Shown in pieces: positions 54,868-64,000 of a stretch of 64,000 nucleotides of DNA. This stretch comes from Octopus vulgaris. Its lineage: Eukaryota. Numbering within the stretch: position 1 is the first letter of the stretch; every line of letters starts with the position of its first letter. Under the pieces are notes generated by a model that did no database searches, was not told where the DNA came from, and saw nothing but the letters and a program-made list of their open reading frames with translations. Where the stretch lies: assembly GCA_951406725.2 (NCBI GenBank), contig OX597816.1, forward strand, positions 181,040,001-181,104,000. The letters run 5' to 3'. The position numbers and the translations under genes were made by a program.

Positions 54868-55902
54868 AGTGTACATGTATATACATATGTGTGTACATAT
54901 ATGTGTGTGTATGTGTATGCATGTATGTATGTATATATATGTTTGTGTGCGTATGTATGTATGTATGTGTGTGTATATATGCGTGTATGCATGTATAATG
55001 GAAGACTGTCTTGGCAACAAACTGTTGATCGAATCTATGAATAACAAACTATTTTGAAATGATTATGTGATGAGCCATTCTGACAGTATATTATCTCATA
55101 TGTGCATATATACGCGCGCACATGTTTGTGTGTGAGAGTGTGTTTGTGAGCGTCTCTGAGTGTGGGAGTGTGTTTGTGAGCGTCTGTGTGTGTGAGAGAG
55201 AGAGTGTGTGCGTGTGAAGGAATATAGGTTTTTGCATACACGCAGAAATGTTAATCGTAGTTGAAAGCCAAATAGTATGTATTTTACATTCTTGCAGTCA
55301 TACTTTATCACTTTAATTAATCAACAACTAATTTCATGGGATGTAATCCTGTATTGAAAGGGTTTATTTTTTTATTATTTCATTTACCAAAGGCTATGCT
55401 ATAATATGGCTTACGTTTGTTTATTGACTAGTGTATTTTTATAGATATGAATTACTTTAAGAAATGGTTCTATGCAACGTTAGTTACATAACTACAAGAC
55501 ATAATAGCTCCACGCTGTCTATTAACCATCTATGTAGTCATTACTATGTCCTTAAACTCTCATCGTTTCTATTATCGATGGCTAACTCATTTATTCTTAT
55601 TTTGTCCTTCTTTCGTTTTATTTCATTTCATTATATTCTGTTGTATATCCTGCTATTTATTCATTTCATTTCGTTATTGTGTCAGTCTTTTCTATTATTT
55701 CTTTTGAAAGCCGTTGTATATTTTTGAGCAAAGAGATTCTTTAATAATTTTTTGAGTCTTCTGAATACGTTTTTTGATCAGTCTACTAATTATAGCGGAG
55801 ATGTTGTTCAATTTTTACGGCTATCTGAACGTAGGTAATGTGATAATGGAAGTTGTGATTTTTGATGTTTCGGTTTCAAATATCAAAAATATAAATATCA
55901 GT

Positions 55903-56047
55903 AGGCGTGAGTGTGTTGTAAGAAGCTTGCTTTCCAAACGCAGTCCTACTGCGTGACACCTTGGGCAAATGTCTCCTACTATAGCCTCGGGTCGACCAAA
56001 GCCTTGTGAGTGGAATTGGTACACAGAAACTGAAAGAAGCCCGTCGT
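55903..56047 (+). mobile_element. SINE family B, 5' part
   Basis: gtaagaagcttgc..gacaccttgggcaaatgtc..gaaactgaaagaagcccgtcg. Confidence 0.8.
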
Positions 56048-56719
56048 GTAGTAAATAGCTTGCTTCCCTAAGGGACCAACTTCCGCTTCAGTCATTTCGG
56101 AGTTTGCCGTGCTGCTAGCGAGACGAGTGTTATCTTTGTGCTGTATTCGTGTTGTCTTGTATTGGATTACCTAACTGTGCCGTCTTTGTTAGATTATCGC
56201 TTGTATTTCTGGTGGATTTACGTGTTGAACTGTTTTACGCTTCCCCGTCGTGATGGTAAGGTATTTATTTTTGTACAAGAAACTTTTTCAAGCCGTCGTA
56301 GGCTTTTGTTTTGCTACATCCCCCAAGAGGGGTGGGCAGAATTTGAACTACTAACTTTACCTTTTGTAGGTTTCCGTTTAGGAAATTATTATATTTCTAT
56401 TATCTGAACAAGTTTTGGGCCGTTGTAGGCTTATTTCTACACCCCTCCCCAGTGAGGGAAGGGTTTGAACCACTGTCTTTCACAAAGGAAAACATTCATT
56501 TTGAACATTGTCCTCGATAGAGGAATTCAATTTTTTAGTACTAATTAATTTTGGCCGAAGTATGTCGATCGAAATTATTAAAGAATGAGGTACGTTGGAG
56601 GAGGGAACAATTTGCGCCGAAGGGGAGAAGTTTTCTGTTGTCGCCGTAGTGGCGACAGAGTCAATTGAAATTTCGCAAGAAAAATTGAACGAATATTTCA
56701 AGAGAATGAAGGGGGAGGA

Positions 56720-57112
56720 TGGGGATATCACCGTATAGAGGGATTTGATGTCCAAGGTGAAGAGGAGGTGTGAGGGGCCGGGAGGGAAGGAAAAGGAATT
56801 GAAGAGGCGAAGGGTGTGATGAGTGTCGTGTATGTAGGATGGGAGGGCAGCAACTAAAGGGGACAGGATGCGGTCAAGGTATTTGGAAATGAGTTCGGTT
56901 GTTGGGCTTATATATTTTGAGAAGCAAATAGATGGTGGAGGTACGGGGTGTTTGGGTCATGAGGTTGGTGGGGGGGGGAGCAGAACAGGAGATGAGGTCA
57001 TGAATGGTGAGGACACGTGCTGTTGGTAGGAGGAGGTGGGGTCGGAAGGGAGGAAGTGATAGAAGAGGAGATTTTGAAGTTGATTGCGCGCTTCCTCTAT
57101 AGTCTGCGCGCC
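56720..57112 (-). pseudogene. Penelope-like (Neptune-type) reverse transcriptase fragment
   Basis: EEARNQL..FY..LPSDPT; PRTSTIYLLLKIYKP; TELISKYLDRILSPLVAALPSYIHDT..LLFTLDIKSLYTVI. Confidence 0.85.
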
Positions 57113-57131
57113 ATATATGTGTATGTATATA

Positions 57132-57338
57132 TACGAGGTGTGATGAAAAGTTTTTCGCTTTGGGTAAAAGAAAATATAAGAGGATCAGTTAATTATGATT
57201 TTATTCAACGTATTCCCCTCTCAGATTCAGAGGTCCTTCAGTTTTTCTAAGCCCTGTAAAAGAACTCGGAAGGTTCTGCCTCTACCCAGGCCTTCCACGA
57301 CACCTTCAAAGCCAGGTACTTTTCAGCACCCGCTCGTA
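57132..57338. mobile_element. Mariner-derived MITE
   Basis: TAcgaggtgtgatgaaaagtt ... acttttcagcacccgctcgTA. Confidence 0.75.
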
Positions 57339-57350
57339 TGAATATGATTG

Positions 57351-57399
<49 letters not shown>

Positions 57400-57619
57400 G
57401 TGTGTATGCGTGCGTGCTTACAAATGAATAAAAAGTAACTTCTAGTTTCACGATATCTTTTCATTAACCTATATACATATATACTTGCATATAAACAGAC
57501 CTGTTATATATATATATAATACATACAAATATATTTATACAAAAGGATAAAATTATTATTATAAAATAACAACAATATCAGTGACCAGCATGCAAGTAAA
57601 ATCTATAGAGGCAAAAATT

Positions 57620-57897
57620 TATAATTATATATAAAAATATATAATCATAATGAAGGGTACTTGGAAAAAGTACCAACATGCTAGAAATAGAAGTAAAAAA
57701 AACTCTGAACCCCCTATTTCATTCTTTTGCACAAGTGAATGCGAGGGAAATGAGCAAAATACATTTTAGCCTAGTATTTTGGTTCATTTTCCTCGCATTC
57801 ACGTGTGCAAAAAAGTGAAATTGGTGAATCTTTTTGACTTCTAGTACTTTTTCCAAGTAGGTTTCATTATGGTTATATATTTTTATTTATAATTATA
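57620..57897. repeat. ~280-bp imperfect foldback
   Basis: tacttggaaaaagtac/gtactttttccaagta and ttttgcacaagtgaatgcgagg/cctcgcattcacgtgtgcaaaa arms. Confidence 0.85.
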
Positions 57898-57930
57898 ACC
57901 CCCCCCCGTCTCTGTGTGTGTGTGTGTGTG

Positions 57931-57980
<50 letters not shown>

Positions 57981-58963
57981 TATATAAATATATATACATG
58001 TAACGGCCTAAATGTTTGTCTTTGTCCATTGTTTACTCTGTACGTCCACTCTGTCGTTGTTTGTTCGTTCGAAGTTCTAACTCTCCGGAAATTTTATATT
58101 TTTAAAATTTCTGGAAGCTGCTGTTTAGGAAGTTTTCCTATTTTGTCGTTGAAAGTTCGAAATAGGTAGTAATTAACGGTTGAAACTGAGGTGGGGTTAG
58201 ACTTCTTTTGCTAATTTGTCCCGTACTTGTCTCTCATGTGTTTACGCATTTTGTACTCGTTGATGTCCTGTACTTGGTGCATGTTATATATATATATATA
58301 TATATATTCATATATATGCATTTGTTTTGTTAATATAGAGAAAAGATGGAAGAAAAGAGAATAAGAATTGAACGAAAAAAATCAGGTAAATAATAGTGTG
58401 TGTGAGAGAAAAAGGAGCACTGATACATATATTTCCGTTCTATTTGCTTCCTATCCATTTATGTCCATTTTTACATTATAAAGTGTATTCAGAGATGTAC
58501 TCTCTTAACAAACTCTGCTTAATAAATGTTTACATCATAGATAATGGAATATAAAATGCATTGTGTCTAAATAATAGCGCCAATTTGACGTAGTAATCAC
58601 TTTGGGATTATATACTAAAGAGAAATAGCTAAAACACTTTCAACAGAAAACTACTTTCCCCTTGGGAAATTGAACCTAACACATGATATCGTCTATGTCT
58701 TAGCAGAATCGTTAGAGCGTCGGACAAAATGGCGTGCGGTATTACTTCCGGTTCGTTACATTCTTGTGTTCAAATCCCACAGATGACACCATTGCTTTTC
58801 AGCATACTAGATGTCATAAAACTAAATACCAGTCACGTACTGCAGCTGAAAGTATTGAATATCTCCTGCTCTCTAAAAATTGTCGGTCATCTACCTTAAT
58901 ACGGAACCATTATTTACCTCTCCCCATCTTTCTTTTTAGTTTTGTTTGTTCGAAGTATGAGCT

Positions 58964-58994
<31 letters not shown>

Positions 58995-59323
58995 CGTGTC
59001 TGTCTAGCTGTCTGTGCCTGTATGTGTATTTGTGAGTATGGGAAATTACTACCGCCGTATCGGCAGGAAAGTTGGCTGACAGAAGTTTTTATATTGTTAT
59101 ATAGATAAGAGGAAAATGTTAACCTAGAGAGACTGTTAGTCTCTTGTAAGATACCTTCCTACAGAAAAAAAAACTTGTTATGTATAACTGTTAATCGAAA
59201 TTGTGGGGAAATTAATACTTTCTATATTGGCCAGAAAAACAATGGAGCTACTTCAACATATTCGAAGTCACGGCCAGTGATTCAGCAATACAAATGACCA
59301 TGTTGTTGACACATATCTCTCTA

Positions 59324-59358
<35 letters not shown>

Positions 59359-59367
59359 TATATATAT

Positions 59368-59440
<73 letters not shown>

Positions 59441-59475
59441 CACACACACATATATATATATACACACACACACAT

Positions 59476-59817
59476 AACGGGCTGCTTTCAGTTTCCATGT
59501 ACCAAATTCACTCCCAAGGACCTGAGGCTATAGAAGAAGACATATGCCCAAGGTGCTACGCAGTGGAACTGAACTTGGAGCCCTGTTGTTGAGAAGCAAA
59601 CTTCTTGTCACTCAGCCATGCATGCGCCCATCAAAATGGGAAAATATACAGGATTATATGTGTGTGTAGGCGCCGGCGTGGCTGTCTGGTAAGAAGCTTG
59701 TTTCCCGACCACATGGTTCCGGGTTCAGTCCCATTGCATGGAACCTTGGGCAAGTGTCATCTACCATAGCTTCGGGCCTCGTGAGTGGATTTGGTAGACA
59801 AAGTGAAAGAAGTCGTA
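59476..59817. mobile_element. Two family-B SINE heads in divergent orientation (59476-59630 minus, 59668-59817 plus)
   Basis: Both align to the family-B head. Confidence 0.75.
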
Positions 59818-60898
59818 TATGTATATATGTATATATATATATGTGTGTGTGTGGGGGTGTATATGTGTGTGGGGGGTGTATGTGTGTGGGGGGGTGTATG
59901 TGTGTGTGTGTGTGTGCGTGTGTGTGTGTATGTGTGTGTGTGTGTATAATCAAAGTAAGCAACAGGATATCAAGTAGTGATGCAGTACGACCGTTTCAAG
60001 CGGCTCCATTTAATTGAACAATGCAATCATTACATCAATTTAAATGCAGTTCTATCTTCAGCTGCACAAATAAATAAATTAGAATTTTTACCAGTTGGGT
60101 ACATTAATATAATTTTTCTCAAAAATATTCTAACAGAGGAAGAAGATGGAAGAAATTCATGTTGTCGCTATTGTAGCTAAGAATAGACTATATATATATG
60201 TGTGTGTGTGTGTGAGAGAGGAAACATTACGTCCGATAGGTACATACAATTAACGAGCGCTTACGTTGACTCGCCACCTGAACATATACGTATGTAAATA
60301 TATAAATGCCTATATATAATGTAAATGCTCAATCGCCTACTGTTATTAGCCACTTATTCAAAAGCAGTTAATCTTTCCCACGCAAGAAAATGAACTTCTC
60401 ATTCAAAGTTTGCTTTCTTTAATAATTAACACAAAATAGAGAGCGCCTGTCACTAACATATTTCTTTTTTTTAGATTAACGCTTTTATTGTGGTTGATAT
60501 ATTGCGGACAGGGATTCAATTCCAGATGATACAGATCTGAGTTATAAAGGTTAGGGTTTGATGGGAAATTAGGTGCACTGGGTGGTTTTGGTTAGATGGA
60601 GGAGACACAGCTAGATAATCAAAACAATGAGTACTAATTTAATAACAGCAGTAGATAAATAATGCATATGTGAAACAGTCGTGGTAGCGTGTTTGGGAGT
60701 AAAAGTTCGTTAATGAGGTGAGTGGTTTTTTTGTTTGCTATTGAACATCTAACCAAGAAGCTGGAGTTCTCCATTAGTGAAACTGTGTTATGACAGTGGC
60801 TATGAAACTCAGAACTGGAAATAACAAAGTCCACCTACCCGTAAATAGCTGCACATGTTCAGATTATTGTTCATGCTTAGCACCAAAGTCAACCCAAT

Positions 60899-60942
<44 letters not shown>

Positions 60943-60974
60943 TTACATATCTATACATACATATCTACACGTAC

Positions 60975-61075
<101 letters not shown>

Positions 61076-61630
61076 TAGATATATACACATACATATCTAT
61101 ACATACATATCTATATATACATACCTATATATATATATATACACATACATATATACAATATATACACATACATGGCACACACACATACACACATATACGG
61201 CACTTCCATAACCGTTACAAGCGAGTGTGATATGGAGGAAAGTGGAATATATCATGCTTTGCGTAATTGTTTTAAATTACTTTTGAAATCACGTAGACAC
61301 AAACTCACGGTTTTCTGACCCTTGACTTAGCGGAACAACAAAGAAGAGGAACTCGCCACGACTATTCGCAGGTACTTATTTTCATGGACACGGCGATCCA
61401 AGTGAACTAGAAGTCGTGCAAACGAGCTAATGGCCATAAACCCCAAACCTGAACCACTGAGCTACGCATCTTCATAAATTAATCAGTTTTTCTCTACGTC
61501 ATTAGCGATTAGATTAGGTTAGCAAGCGTTGATATTGAACACCTACGGCTGATGATGCACAAAATAGCATGAATCACGTGATCTATTAGTTCTACTTCCT
61601 GTGCTGGATTTTCCCGTCCGCTGCTGATAG

Positions 61631-61678
<48 letters not shown>

Positions 61679-62045
61679 TTGTACTATACGCCTATATAAG
61701 ATGCTTTCGCAAAACGAACAACGCAAGATTATGGCTTTCTTAACGTACCACCACGTTAAGTAATGTATGTATTCATGTATGCATGTATGTATGCGTATAT
61801 GCATGTATGTATTTATGTCTACCATACATGTATACATATATATATACATACATGCATACATATATACATATATATATGCTTATATAAATGAAAGAATAGA
61901 GTCAAAAGTAAGATGGAGTACGATTCGACAACTTTTTAATGCCCACTACACATGTTTCGATACAACATAGATCCACATTAATAATTCTAAGGGTGTACGA
62001 GCTCTAGTTTGTACACTAATACGTTCTTAATGGAATATACCTCAA

Positions 62046-62077
<32 letters not shown>

Positions 62078-62910
62078 CATGCATATGTATGTATGCATGT
62101 ATGTATGTATGTATGTATATGTTCAGGCCTGGCAGAATATGACGCCTACCATCCTGCTATTGTCTATAAATCTATCTCAGTATTCTGCCATTGTGTTTGA
62201 AAATAGCTGTCTAAAACGCTTGTAAAGGTAATATATTTCATTTTCTCCAACTCCTGGGATTATCTCAACTGGCCACTTTTAAGGTAAACAGCTCAGAAAT
62301 TATGTCTGCTACGGTGTCTGGTTGTAACTTTGAAGATGCCATAAATACCGGTGTTTTATATTATTTATGATACTGATTAAAAATTGACCGTCATTGACAG
62401 GGACAGCCTTCTTATCTGATGCAAGTTCTCCCCTCTTAATGGTATTCTCTGTTTTTAAATTTTTTTTAGCCCTTGCAAATCCTTTAATGCATCTAAAAAT
62501 CGTATGTTGCCACAAAATAACTAGTCTGCTTAAACCACAGTAATATCCTTTCTTTCTTTCTTTCGTTTTTTTTTTTTTTTGGTAAAGAAAAGGGATATTA
62601 CTTTGTTTATGCAGACATTTCTATCTCGATAAACTATAAAAAGATAATTCAAAGAATTATCTCTTCTAAAGAAATAAGGAAAGATAATTCAAGTAACATA
62701 TCGTACATCAGAGCCAGATCAAAGAGAAATTGTTTTGATGAAATGCGTTTATGAGGCCATCATCGTCTCTATGTGAATATGTATGAGAGAGAAAGAAAAA
62801 GAGAGTGCGCGCGCGCGTGTGTCTTTGTGTACGAGACAGAAAGTGAAAGGATGGATCTTGTGATTTATCCACCAATGAAAAAGCAGGTGTATGTCTGAGT
62901 GATTTGATAT

Positions 62911-62980
<70 letters not shown>

Positions 62981-63009
62981 ACATGTGAGGAAACTGGAGA
63001 GTTAATACA

Positions 63010-63217
63010 CAAATTATTTAATTACGTCATCTTACAGATATTTTCAGTGACGTTTCTGGTCGGATTCTGCATTCTGAGTCATGTAAGTTTTCTAAGTCTT
63101 CATCTCATCAGAGATTCGTAGAAATGAAGACTTAGAAAAGTTACATGACCCGCATTGCATAATCCACTCATAATCTTCGCTGAGACACGTGTAAAAATTG
63201 CCGTAATTAAATTATTT
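63010..63217. repeat. Imperfect ~200-bp foldback; HHR core motifs on the minus strand (63111-63049)
   Basis: gtcatgtaagttttctaagtcttcat / atgaagacttagaaaagttacatgac; minus strand CTGATGA..GAAACGTC, stem I not evident. Confidence 0.65.
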
Positions 63218-64000
63218 AAGAAGCAGTTCTCCGGTTCTTTTTTCTGTACGTCCATTGTGATATTTCTAACTATGGAGACCAGTAAAAGGAAGCTTGGAAT
63301 ATAATAGACAAGTTCTCCCCGCAGATTTCTTTTTCATATGCAAGGATGTACATGGAGTTCTAAATTCTGGTTATATGTCAATCAATATAAAATGGATAAT
63401 AGATAGAGAGTGAGAGAGAAAGAGAAAGAGAGAGATAAAAAGAGAGAGAAAGAAAGAAAGAGAAAGAAAGAAAGAAAGAAAGAAAAAAAGACACATAGAA
63501 GAGGAGAAGAGTGTGTAATTATGTATGTTTTTATTTGGTCAACAACAAACACCTTGAAACATGCTACAATAGGGAGTCGCTTTCGTTGATCATAAGGCGT
63601 CTTTGAAATTGAACATGCATCTTTTTTCTGTGTTATTTTACATGTGTGTGCAAATGTGTGCACATATGTGTACGTGTGGGTGTGCGCGTGCGTATGTAAC
63701 AGAAAAAGGAAGAGGGAGAGAGAGCAAGAGAAGGAGAGTTAGCAAGAGAGAGGGAGAGAGAGAGTTATGGAAATGTCATACGCGAACAACATAACTGAAT
63801 GGGAAACATTGGAAGAAATTGAAAGAATGCAACATTAAAACACCAAAAACAACGACAAAAACCTTAATTTTTATTTGTCAAAATGTATCACGTGGTCTCA
63901 AAATTTACGAGACGGGCTCATGTTTAATGCTGAGCGTTTTCATGTCAAAAAGGCGGCCCTGAACATTATGCAAATGATAGTTTTCTAGACTTCTGGAATC

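Overview
AT-rich, microsatellite-saturated eukaryotic DNA. It is very likely a cephalopod (Octopus-like) genome; this is inferred from the SINE families and the (TA)n/(TACA)n/(AG)n load. Almost all ORFs in the supplied track are microsatellite artefacts. Only one convincing host coding exon is visible (minus strand, ~46040-45860, a small single-pass membrane protein with a phase-1 GT donor). The rest is transposon debris: several tRNA-derived SINE families, three mariner copies plus a mariner MITE and one Tc1, Helitrons (one keeps Rep motifs), RTE and Tx1/L1-like LINE fragments, a Penelope-like (PLE, Neptune-type) reverse transcriptase fragment and a tRNA-Cys pseudogene. The most notable signal is a dense, sequence-diverse set of type-I hammerhead ribozyme (HHR) motifs, about a dozen with intact or near-intact CUGANGA/GAAA/NUH cores. 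Many sit in short non-coding elements beside (TA)n tracts, and several of these show the PLE hallmarks of partial-tandem direct repeats and 5' inverted tails. They look like a family of retrozyme-like, PLE-mobilised ribozyme elements. All folds and alignments were done by eye, and coordinates of decayed elements are approximate.
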